The notes: generated by a model from the letters alone, not told the origin. 64,000 nucleotides of DNA from a bacterium (GCA_029565735.1 JAKQNO010000070.1:22542-86541), one strand, 5' to 3'. Shown: positions 47,299 to 55,367, counted from the stretch's first letter. Numbers and translations are program-made.

Positions 47299-47477
47299 AG
47301 CTGATAAGCAGTTAAGCATAAGCGGAAGGATAAAACATAGCAAATTACGCTGATAAGCAGTTAAGCATAAGCGAAAGAATAAAACATAGCAGATTAAGCA
47401 GATAAGCAATTAAGCTATAGCGAAAAATTGCCTTTAAGTTTTCGCTTATGCTTATTGCTTAACTGCCTATAGCTTAA
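47299..47477. repeat. TAAGC-rich intergenic repeat module (2.6 tandem 49-bp units plus a long imperfect hairpin)
   Basis: Units 47299-47347 and 47348-47396 differ at 4 of 49 positions. 47413-47477 is ~90% identical to 52639-52703. Confidence 0.8.
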
Positions 47478-47488
47478 ATTTTTATTCT

Positions 47489-47536
47489 TCTGACCCTCTG
47501 ACCCTCTGACCTTCCGACCTTCTGACCTTCTGAGCT
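47489..47536. repeat. Octamer tandem array (TCTGACCY x6) abutting the lemA promoter
   Basis: Reads tctgaccc tctgaccc tctgacct tccgacct tctgacct tctgagct. An extended -10 TGgTATAAT lies at 47548-47556. Confidence 0.85.
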
Positions 47537-47584
47537 GCCTTCATTTATGGTATAATACTTTCAATCAAAAAACGGAGGTGCAAT

Positions 47585-48139
47585 ATGGCATTAACCGCGA
47601 TAGTCCTGGGGATTGTTTTTGTAATTGCAGTTTTTGTAATCGGAATATTCAACAAACTTGTAAGCTTAAAAAACCGCAACAGTGAAGCGTGGGCGCAGAT
47701 TGATGTCCAGCTTAAACAAAGGGCTGATTTAATTCCAAACCTTGTGGAAACCGTAAAAGGGTACGCAGCGCACGAAAAAGAGACGCTTGAAAAAGTAATT
47801 CAGGCAAGGGCCGCGTTAACCGGAGCCGGCGCTGACGTGGCAAAGACGGCTGCCGCGGATAATATGTTAACGGGCGCTTTAAAATCACTTTTTGCTGTAA
47901 GTGAAAACTATCCGCAGCTTAAGGCTGACGCGCATTTTACACAGCTTATGACAGACCTTTCCGGCACTGAAAGCAAGATAGCATACGCAAGGCAGTTTTT
48001 TAACGAGACAGTTCGCGTGTACAATGAATACCAGCAGGCGTTTCCGGGGGTGATTTTCGCCGGGATGTTCGGACATACGCAGAAACAGTTTTTTGAAGCG
48101 CCTGAAGAGGATAAAAAACCGGTATCAGTAAAGTTTTAA
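47585..48139 (+). CDS. lemA: LemA family membrane protein
   Basis: N-terminal TM helix. 'AWAQIDVQLKQRADLIPNLVETVKGYAAHE', 'ENYPQLKA'. Confidence 0.88.
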   Translation: MALTAIVLGIVFVIAVFVIGIFNKLVSLKNRNSEAWAQIDVQLKQRADLIPNLVETVKGYAAHEKETLEKVIQARAALTGAGADVAKTAAADNMLTGALKSLFAVSENYPQLKADAHFTQLMTDLSGTESKIAYARQFFNETVRVYNEYQQAFPGVIFAGMFGHTQKQFFEAPEEDKKPVSVKF

Positions 48140-48152
48140 CACGGGGATATAA

Positions 48153-49037
48153 ATGGTATACGAGGATATAGCCGCCAATAAAAATAATACTTTTATACTG
48201 CTGTTTTTTTACGGCATCCTTATTGCCGGGCTTGGGTGGATTATAGGTATTTTATACGGCGACCCCTATACCGGAATTGTAATCGGTGTTACAGCGTCTT
48301 TTGTTATGACGTTTTTCTCTTATTATAACAGCGATAAAGTGGCAATTTTATCTTCCGGCGCCGTGGAGGCGGACAGAAAAATATACCCCGGCCTTTATTA
48401 CGCCGCCGAAGGCATGGCGCTTGCCGCCGGCCTTCCCGCTCCAAAAGTTTATGTTATGCCAAGCGAAAGTATAAACGCGTTTGCGGCCGGCAGGGACCCC
48501 AAACATTCCGCAATTGCCGTAACCACAGGGGCGTTAATAAAACTGAACAAAACAGAGCTTGAAGGCGTGATAGCCCACGAAATGAGCCACGTAAAAAATT
48601 ATGACATTCTTGTCAGCACGGTTGCCGCGGTAATGGCGGGCGCTGTTTTCATGATTTCTGATGTAATAAAACGAAGCGCGTTCCGCAGAAATTCCGGCCG
48701 CGCCGGATTGATTTTTGCCATACTGGCAATTGCCGCCGCGATACTTGCGCCGATAGGCGCGATGGCGATAAAATTTGCCGTGTCAAGGCAGAGGGAATAC
48801 ATGGCGGACGCTTCGGCGGTTCTGCTTACAAGGTATCCGCAGGGGCTTATAGGCGCGCTTGAAAAAATAAAAAAAGAAACTTATCCGGAAGAGGAATACA
48901 ACTCCGGGATGCAGCATATGTATTTTGCCAATCCGTTTGCCTTAAGGGCGGACAACCTTTTTTCAACGCACCCTCCGCTTGAACTCCGCATAGAAAGGTT
49001 AAAGGGAAACCTGTACAAAGAAAACCCTAAAATCTGA
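48153..49037 (+). CDS. htpX: M48 zinc metalloprotease, HtpX-like
   Basis: HEMSHV motif, 4 TM helices, 'REYMADASAV', 'THPPLELRIERL'. Confidence 0.88.
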   Translation: MVYEDIAANKNNTFILLFFYGILIAGLGWIIGILYGDPYTGIVIGVTASFVMTFFSYYNSDKVAILSSGAVEADRKIYPGLYYAAEGMALAAGLPAPKVYVMPSESINAFAAGRDPKHSAIAVTTGALIKLNKTELEGVIAHEMSHVKNYDILVSTVAAVMAGAVFMISDVIKRSAFRRNSGRAGLIFAILAIAAAILAPIGAMAIKFAVSRQREYMADASAVLLTRYPQGLIGALEKIKKETYPEEEYNSGMQHMYFANPFALRADNLFSTHPPLELRIERLKGNLYKENPKI

Positions 49038-49080
49038 CAACCCGGCAAATGGCGAAGTTTGTTTTTTTTGTTTCTGTAGT

Positions 49081-49107
49081 GGTAGACGCGGGTCTTCAGC
49101 CCGCGGC
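49081..49107. repeat. Solo copy of the MITE terminal-repeat arm
   Basis: GGTAGACGCGGGTCTTCAGCCCGCGGC matches 24304-24330 at 26 of 27 positions. It is preceded by the same T-rich 'ttttttgtttNtgtag' lead-in seen at 24455-24475. Confidence 0.75.
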
Positions 49108-49542
49108 TGTTGATTTGGATTTGTTTCACTTTTCATCTGCCGGACCGTAGCCTTTACAGGGTCTGGGTATATTTTTTCAGCCCGCGCCGCAAATTGGTGT
49201 GCTTGCAATCAATTAAATTTGAAATCAGCAGCATATTAATTCGTTGGCAATCGTAAGCCCGCGGCACATCCGGATTTGCCGCCGAAGCATTAGACCGCCC
49301 CTGCCACGGACACGCTGTGTTAGCGCGGCACGCGCTGAAAAAACACACCCAAACCCTGTTTAGAAACCTGCGGCAACTCGTGCGAGATTTGTTCTGATGT
49401 TTATTTTTACTTCCGACATTTCCCCTGACACTTACGCTCGTAAACTCGCTCCAGCCCGGGGATTTCCGCTCGCAGGCTAGTTCCAAACGCACCTTAAAAG
49501 GCGTGCTTACCAAACCTTTGTTTTTAAGTATTTTGTATTCCA

Positions 49543-49578
49543 TCCGTCCCTCTGTCCCTCTGTGCATCCGTCGCTCAG
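49543..49578. repeat. Octamer array (TCYGTCCC-type x4.5)
   Basis: Reads tccgtccc tctgtccc tctgtgca tccgtcgc tcag. Near-identical to 52713-52748 (2 mismatches). Confidence 0.8.
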
Positions 49579-49651
49579 CCCTTTTGTTTTTTATTTGTGT
49601 AAAAATCATTTTTTAGGTATATAATATCTTAAATTATAATTTGGAGGCTTT

Positions 49652-51823
49652 ATGAAAGCCGCGGTTATGGCGTTTTTTGCCGTAATTTTATTTCTCCCGC
49701 AGCATGTATTTGCAGGCGGGGAAAAGGCACAGGTTAAACAGATGGAGATGTTTGAAGCATCTCTTGAATTTGATACCGCCGGTATCAATCCCTATGATTA
49801 TTCCAAAGTTGTATTCAAGGCGGTTTTTAAGGCGCCGTCTTCCAAACGCACTGAAATAGAGGGTTTTTATTCAGAAAATTTTATTTTTGACGGCAAGTCT
49901 GAATATGAAAAAAATGGCGGTTCATTCAAGGCAAGGTTTGTTCCCAGAGAGCCCGGCGAGTGGAAATACCGGATGGAACTTGCAGTAAAGGGCGTTCCCG
50001 TCACCGTAACCGCGTGGGAATCTTTTGACTGTAAAAGGAATTCCGATACTCGAGGATACATAAAAGTAAGCCCTGTTGACCCGCTCTTTATGGAATTTGA
50101 AAATAAAGAGCCGTTTTTTGCCAAGGGTATAAATATGGGTTGGGCAAAGCAGGACCGGGTTTATGAGGATTATAAATATTGGATAGAAAAATTTTCAGAA
50201 AACGGCGGAAACTTAATAAGGGTATCAATGGCGCCATGGAGTTTTGGAATTGAAACAGACGCGCTTGGCGGCTATTCTTCGCGCCAGAAGCAGGCGGCAC
50301 AGTTGGATAAAGTTTTTGAACTTTGCGCGGAGCATGACATTTATATACAGCTTTGCCTTGCGGCGTACGGAGAATTTTCGGATGATATAAATCCGGGATG
50401 GGCGGGCAATCCGTATAATTCACGCAACGACGGCATTCTTGACAGTCAGCAGGAATTTTTTACTTCAAAACTTGCGCGTGATTTTTTTAAAAACAGGCTT
50501 CGTTACATAGCCGCAAGATGGGGGTATTCACGCAACCTTTTCGCGTGGGAAGTGTTCAGTGAACCTGATATGGTTCCCGGATATACCGCCGCCGCTGTTA
50601 CGGAATGGCATAAGGATATTTTTTCTTACGTTAAAAAATACGACAAAAACAAACATCCCGTCTCCGCCTCTTTTTCTGATTCCGAAAAAGGGGCCGCTGT
50701 CTGGCAGCTTGAAGAGGCCGATTTTACCCAGACGCATATTTATAATTTAAAAGACGCGGCTGAAGAATTATATAACCTTTCCCGGATAAAAACGGAAAAA
50801 TTTAACAAACCGCATATAGTGTCTGAATTCGGAACAGCAACGGCAATGGAAGAAATGGACGAAGCAAAGGATGAAAAAGGCGTGCAGCTTCATACCGCGA
50901 TATGGGGAGGCGCGCTTTCGCTGTCCATGGGCTGGCCCATGATATGGTGGTGGGATGTTTACGTTGACAGGTACGGGCTGTGGGATATTTACAGGCCGCT
51001 GTCAGATTTTCTGCGGGGTGTAAACTGGGCAAGGGGAGACTACTTTTTACTGCGTTCCGAAAAAGCTTATTATTATGACGCGGAAAATAAACCCGCGGGC
51101 AGTGTAAAAATTTATCCTGATGACAGGCAGGTAAAGGCAAAGAAAAACAGGTTTGTCATAACTCCCGCCGGAGATGTCATAAACAGGGAATATTTTATCG
51201 CGTACCTTTACGGCAAAGCACAACCGGATAAGAAAAACGACCCCGTGTTTGTCATGACAAACAGGTTTCCGGCGAAGCTTATAATAGGCGTAAGCCGGGT
51301 GTCGGGAAGCTGCGCTCTTGCCGTGGAAGTAAACGGGGAAAGGGTGTTCTTGGCGGATATAGACGCAAAAACCCTGCCCGATGCGGCGCCTGAAAAAGGC
51401 GCTGATATTTACAGCGCTGACTGTGCGCTTTCATATACAGTTGACCTGCACGCGGGGGATAATGAAGTCGCGCTGATAAATGCAGGAAGCGGGCGGATAA
51501 AACTTGATTATCTGGAAGTGACGGATTTTACCGACCCTTTGATAGCGCCGGCCTTTTTGTCGGGTATTCAAAGCGAAGCAGCGGCGTATATCTGGTACAA
51601 ACATAAAAATTATACCTGGGAAAACACACCTGCCGACAAAGTTGAAGGCGCTTATTTTGACGTGCCTGATTTAAGGCCGGGCCGTTATGTCATAGAGTTT
51701 TTTGACACATATACAGGGGAGATAACAGGTAAAAAGCAGGCGATTAAGCACGAGGAAGATTTAAGGATAGACCTGCCGGAATTCTATACCGACGGCGCGA
51801 TAAAAATAAAAGAGTACAAATAA
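49652..51823 (+). CDS. Secreted clan GH-A glycoside-hydrolase-like protein with an N-terminal DUF5060-like Ig domain
   Basis: Signal peptide. N-terminal beta domain ('FKARFVPREPGEWKYRMEL'). TIM barrel with 'AWEVFSEPD' (acid/base position) and 'PHIVSEFG' (nucleophile position). Confidence 0.6.
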   Translation: MKAAVMAFFAVILFLPQHVFAGGEKAQVKQMEMFEASLEFDTAGINPYDYSKVVFKAVFKAPSSKRTEIEGFYSENFIFDGKSEYEKNGGSFKARFVPREPGEWKYRMELAVKGVPVTVTAWESFDCKRNSDTRGYIKVSPVDPLFMEFENKEPFFAKGINMGWAKQDRVYEDYKYWIEKFSENGGNLIRVSMAPWSFGIETDALGGYSSRQKQAAQLDKVFELCAEHDIYIQLCLAAYGEFSDDINPGWAGNPYNSRNDGILDSQQEFFTSKLARDFFKNRLRYIAARWGYSRNLFAWEVFSEPDMVPGYTAAAVTEWHKDIFSYVKKYDKNKHPVSASFSDSEKGAAVWQLEEADFTQTHIYNLKDAAEELYNLSRIKTEKFNKPHIVSEFGTATAMEEMDEAKDEKGVQLHTAIWGGALSLSMGWPMIWWWDVYVDRYGLWDIYRPLSDFLRGVNWARGDYFLLRSEKAYYYDAENKPAGSVKIYPDDRQVKAKKNRFVITPAGDVINREYFIAYLYGKAQPDKKNDPVFVMTNRFPAKLIIGVSRVSGSCALAVEVNGERVFLADIDAKTLPDAAPEKGADIYSADCALSYTVDLHAGDNEVALINAGSGRIKLDYLEVTDFTDPLIAPAFLSGIQSEAAAYIWYKHKNYTWENTPADKVEGAYFDVPDLRPGRYVIEFFDTYTGEITGKKQAIKHEEDLRIDLPEFYTDGAIKIKEYK

Positions 51824-52548
51824 TGGATAAAAAAACCATCTCTTTTTTAAAGGATAAAAAAGCCTTAAAGGAACAGGGGCTGTTTATAGTTGATACGGAA
51901 AAGATACTAAAAGAAGCGCTGGGCGCGGGCATTGAAATTGAACGTTTTTTTTACAGCGATGATGAAATACCGCGCGGATTTTCAGTTCCCCATAACCTGG
52001 CGGAAAAATCAAAATACAGCGACATAAGCCGTTTTGCGTCCGTTAAAACGCACAGCGGTTTTCTGGCTTTGTGCAGGGCGCCCGAAAAACCGCTTAAAGA
52101 TTTTAAATCCGCAAAACGCATAGTGCTTCTTGACGGCATACAGGACCCTTCCAACATAGGCGCCATAATAAGAAGCGGCGCCGCCTTTGGTTTTGACAAT
52201 TACCTTTTTATAAACGGCTGCGCCGGGGTTTTTTCCGAAAAGGCGGTGCGCGCGTCAGCGGGAGCGGTTTTTAAGGTAAACACCAGGTCGATAGATATAA
52301 AAGAAGCCGCTGCCCTTGCCGCGGAGTTTAAATTTATAGCGACTGACGTGGAAAACGGAACTGATATTAAAAATGCCGATATCGGCGGGAAATCGGTAAT
52401 TGTATTCGGCAGCGAGGGAAAAGGCGTAAGCAAAGAAATAAAAGAACTTGCCGCGTCCAGAATAAAAATAAATTATCCCGGCAATGTTGAATCGCTTAAT
52501 GTCGCCGCTGCCGCGGCTGTCATTTTCTTCGAATTCTCCTCAAGATAA
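51823..52548 (+). CDS. SpoU/TrmH-family RNA 2'-O-methyltransferase
   Basis: 'LDGIQDPSNIGAIIRSGAAFG', 'VFGSEGKGVS', 'NVESLNVAAAAAV'. The ATG overlaps the upstream stop. Confidence 0.85.
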   Translation: MDKKTISFLKDKKALKEQGLFIVDTEKILKEALGAGIEIERFFYSDDEIPRGFSVPHNLAEKSKYSDISRFASVKTHSGFLALCRAPEKPLKDFKSAKRIVLLDGIQDPSNIGAIIRSGAAFGFDNYLFINGCAGVFSEKAVRASAGAVFKVNTRSIDIKEAAALAAEFKFIATDVENGTDIKNADIGGKSVIVFGSEGKGVSKEIKELAASRIKINYPGNVESLNVAAAAAVIFFEFSSR

Positions 52549-52638
52549 TCAATAGCGGTGGTCCGGCAGCTAAGCAGTTGGGTTTGGATATGGCAGGCGC
52601 GGATTTTAAACAAGAGCGGATTAAGCTATAAGCATTTA

Positions 52639-52748
52639 AGCTATAGCGGTATATTGCCTTTAAGTTTTCGCTTATGCTTATTGCTTAACTGCTTATAGCT
52701 TAAGTTTTTCCTTCCGTCCCTCTGTCCCTCCGTGCATCCGTCCCTCAG
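52639..52748. repeat. Second copy of the TAAGC hairpin module plus octamer array
   Basis: 52639-52703 matches 47413-47477, including a 41-nt identical core attgcctttaagttttcgcttatgcttattgcttaactgc. Octamer array at 52713-52748. Confidence 0.8.
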
Positions 52749-52763
52749 TTTTTATTCGATTAT

Positions 52764-52792
52764 TTGACCTTACCCTTCTTCAGGGCTATAAT
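52764..52792 (+). promoter_or_regulatory. Sigma70-type promoter
   Basis: TTGACC (52764-52769), a 17-nt spacer, then TATAAT (52787-52792). Confidence 0.5.
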
Positions 52793-52833
52793 TGTAATAG
52801 GAAGGCAGGGAAGTATTAAAGTAAAAGGCGGTG

Positions 52834-53007
52834 ATGGATATGTCCGCTTTCAATAGCAGAAGGTCAGGCAAGGAACGCAGGGAGGAAGAAAGGCGCCTGA
52901 AAGGAAGCAATATGGGTAAAACTTTGGAAACCGCGCGCCAGTCCGACCGCAGAATAAGAGAAAACCGCCGTGATAAAAATAATCCTATAAGCCGTATAGA
53001 ATTCTAA
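52834..53007 (+). CDS. Candidate 57-aa highly basic small protein
   Basis: Below the ORF-track cut-off. RBS AAGGCGG precedes the ATG. MDMSAFNSRRSGKERREEERRLKGSNMGKTLETARQSDRRIRENRRDKNNPISRIEF. Has its own promoter about 45 nt upstream. Confidence 0.3.
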   Translation: MDMSAFNSRRSGKERREEERRLKGSNMGKTLETARQSDRRIRENRRDKNNPISRIEF

Positions 53008-53235
53008 AAAAGCAATTAGGCGGATTGTTTTAATGAATCAAATACGCAAATAAACATATTATTATATGAGAACCGGTTTATCTGTTTTTTCACCTGTATA
53101 AAAAATCATAAAAAAATAAAAAGTAAAAGTATTTTATTTTTTATTTTTTTAAATTTATTGGGGATAAGTCAAAAAACGCCTTAAAAATAAGGCGAAAATA
53201 AGAATAGAAATGTGGCGGGTTTAGGGATTAATATA

Positions 53236-53263
53236 TTGACAAAACATGGCTTTGGGGTATAAT
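53236..53263 (+). promoter_or_regulatory. dcw (Pmra-like) promoter
   Basis: TTGACA (53236-53241), a 16-nt spacer, then TATAAT (53258-53263). Preceded by a ~190-bp extremely AT-rich tract. Confidence 0.55.
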
Positions 53264-53289
53264 TATGGCAAATAGTGGGAAAAAGTGGG
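53254..53289 (+). promoter_or_regulatory. Candidate MraZ operator (direct TGGG-type repeats at 10-11 bp phasing)
   Basis: TGGGG (53253-53257), TATGG (53264-53268), GTGGG (53275-53279) and GTGGG (53285-53289) lie between the -10 and the mraZ RBS. Confidence 0.45.
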
Positions 53290-53315
53290 ATAGATTTTTA
53301 TAAAGGAGCATTATA

Positions 53316-53738
53316 GTGATAAAAACAGGTTTTATAGGACAGCATGAGCACAGCCTGGATGAAAAGGGCCGCGTAAGCATTCCGTCCAGATATAAAAAAT
53401 ACATTGAAGAGATAACCGTTGATCCTGATAAACGGAACGCTGTTGTGCTCTCTAAAAGCAAGGACAAGTGCATAGAAGTGTTTGCGCCGGAAAAATGGGA
53501 ACAGATGATGGGCAAATACGAGCAGAATACATCCCTTGAAGAGGAAAACCGCGATTTAAAATACATGAGGTCCAAACTTTCCAACACGGACTACGCCAAT
53601 GTTGATAAAAGCGGAAGGATAATAATACCGCAGTTTTTAAAGGATTACGCGGGCATAAGCAAAAATGTCGTATTTGCGGGCATTGGGGACAGGTTTGAAA
53701 TCTGGGATAAAAAAACTTTTGACGACAACAACAAATAG
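53316..53738 (+). CDS. mraZ: Transcriptional regulator MraZ
   Basis: GTG start after AAGGAG. Duplicated DxxxR motifs 'DEKGRVSIP' and 'DKSGRIIIP'. Confidence 0.92.
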   Translation: MIKTGFIGQHEHSLDEKGRVSIPSRYKKYIEEITVDPDKRNAVVLSKSKDKCIEVFAPEKWEQMMGKYEQNTSLEEENRDLKYMRSKLSNTDYANVDKSGRIIIPQFLKDYAGISKNVVFAGIGDRFEIWDKKTFDDNNK

Positions 53739-53749
53739 GGAGGCTGTAA

Positions 53750-54091
53750 ATGAGCGTTCAGACAACATCCAAAAAGTTCGTGATGCTTATTATGAAAGGC
53801 GAAATTGCGCTGGAAGACATAATCGCGTTAAAGGAAATAATAAACAGTTTCATAGAAATGGAGCAGTTTTTATTTGTCATTGATTTTTCCGAAGTGGCGC
53901 ACATTAACGTAAGCGGGATAGAGTATTTAAACGAGAGAAAGGAAAGGGTCCGCAGCCTTGGCGGCGACATAAAGATAATAGGCGCCAATGACTACGTCCG
54001 CAACCTTTTTGTGTACGCGGGATACTGGGGCGAATTTGATTTTTTCGCGAACGAAGAAGAAGCGGTAAGGGCCTTTAACAGCCTGATATGA
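53750..54091 (+). CDS. STAS-domain protein (anti-sigma-factor-antagonist-like)
   Basis: RBS GGGAGG. 'VIDFSEVAHINVSGIEYL...LGGDIKIIGANDYVRNLFVYAGYWGEFDFFANEEEA' fits the SpoIIAA/RsbV fold. Stop overlaps the rsmH start (ATGA). Confidence 0.75.
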   Translation: MSVQTTSKKFVMLIMKGEIALEDIIALKEIINSFIEMEQFLFVIDFSEVAHINVSGIEYLNERKERVRSLGGDIKIIGANDYVRNLFVYAGYWGEFDFFANEEEAVRAFNSLI

Positions 54092-54999
54092 CATTTTCCC
54101 ACAAAACAGTCCTTCTTGATGAAACCGCGGAACTGCTGCGGATTTCCGGGAAAAAAGGGCTGTGGGTGGACGCAACGCTGGGCTTCGGAGGACATAGTGA
54201 AAGGATTCTTAAGGATATGTCACCTGAAGCCCTTTTAATAGGTATTGATCAGGACGACAAAGCTCTTTCATACGCTTCAGAGAGGCTTAAAGCACACGCG
54301 AACTTTAAGGCCGTAAAGGGAAATTTTAAGAATCTTGACGGCATAGTGAAGGCGCAGGGCGCGGATTCCATAAGCGGAATAGTGTATGACCTTGGAGTTT
54401 CCAGCATGCAGCTTGATGACGGCGCGCGCGGGTTTTCTTTCATGAAAGACGCGCCGCTGGATATGAGGATGGATGAAACCGCGGAACTTTCCGCGTATGA
54501 CGTGGTTAACGGCTATAACAGGGCGGACCTGGAACGCGTGATAAAAGAGTACGGCGAGGAAGGTTATTACGCCAAGATAGCGGATCACATAATGAAAAGC
54601 AGGCCTGTGAAAAGCACGCTTGAACTGGCTGAAATAATAAAAAAGGCGAAATTCGGAAAAGAAAAGATACATCCGGCCACGAAAGTGTTTCAGGCGATAA
54701 GGATAGAAGTAAACGATGAACTTGGCGCTCTGGAAAAAAGCCTTAACAGCGCTTGCGGGCTTTTAGTGCCGGGCGGAAGGATGTGCGTCATATCCTTCCA
54801 TTCGCTTGAAGACAGGATAGTAAAGAATTTTATAAGGGAAAAATCGCACGGCTGCGACTGCGGTTACAGGCCGTGTATATGCAATAAGGTAAAGGAACTT
54901 GAAACGGTTACAAAGAAGCCGGCTACGGCTTCTTTCGCGGAGACAAAGGAAAACCCGCGGGCAAGAAGCGCGAAATTAAGGTGCGCGGAAAAGATTTAA
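54088..54999 (+). CDS. rsmH: 16S rRNA (cytosine1402-N4)-methyltransferase
   Basis: 'HKTVLLDE', 'VDATLGFGGHS', 'YDLGVSSMQLD', 'ISFHSLEDRIVK'. Confidence 0.95.
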   Translation: MTFSHKTVLLDETAELLRISGKKGLWVDATLGFGGHSERILKDMSPEALLIGIDQDDKALSYASERLKAHANFKAVKGNFKNLDGIVKAQGADSISGIVYDLGVSSMQLDDGARGFSFMKDAPLDMRMDETAELSAYDVVNGYNRADLERVIKEYGEEGYYAKIADHIMKSRPVKSTLELAEIIKKAKFGKEKIHPATKVFQAIRIEVNDELGALEKSLNSACGLLVPGGRMCVISFHSLEDRIVKNFIREKSHGCDCGYRPCICNKVKELETVTKKPATASFAETKENPRARSAKLRCAEKI

Positions 55000-55016
55000 A
55001 AATAAAGGAGAAGTCT

Positions 55017-55367
55017 GTGGCGGAATTTTCAAACAGGTTTTTAAGGGGCTTAAACGCGGGAAGCGTAAGGCCGGCAAGGGGCGGCGCCAATAAAGCCGTG
55101 GGGCTGATTCTGCTTTTATCCCTTCCGTTTCTGCTTGTGGTCTGGTTTTACACGCAGAGCGCGAAATTAAGCTACGATATAACCGAACTTACAAGAGAAC
55201 GCGACTCCTTAAAGTCGCAGAACAAAATGCTGGAAATGAAGGTGCAGGTTGCAATGTCCGGCAGCGGTATTGAACACATTGCAAGGGAACGCTACGGTTT
55301 CAGGCCGGCAAAACCCGGCGATGTGCAGGTCATAAAAAAAGAATACGGCGCGCTTGGTTTATTTTAA
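55017..55367 (+). CDS. ftsL: Cell-division protein FtsL/DivIC-like
   Basis: GTG lies 7 nt after AAGGAG. Single TM helix, coiled coil, 'IEHIARERYGFRPAKPGD'. Sits at the canonical position between rsmH and ftsI. Confidence 0.6.
   Translation: MAEFSNRFLRGLNAGSVRPARGGANKAVGLILLLSLPFLLVVWFYTQSAKLSYDITELTRERDSLKSQNKMLEMKVQVAMSGSGIEHIARERYGFRPAKPGDVQVIKKEYGALGLF

Noticed and set aside
47299-47420. Possible CRISPR array suggested by regularly repeated TAAGC-rich units
   Set aside because: The 49-bp units are directly tandem with no unique spacers, and only about 2.6 copies are present. No cas genes are in the window. It is a tandem repeat, not a CRISPR.
49154-49609. 151-aa ORF on the - strand in the htpX-GH intergenic region
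   Set aside because: It is Arg/Cys/Asn-rich with no RBS, no hydrophobic core pattern and no motif. It spans repeat elements, including the octamer array. It is more likely non-coding DNA; the interval is reported as a finding instead.
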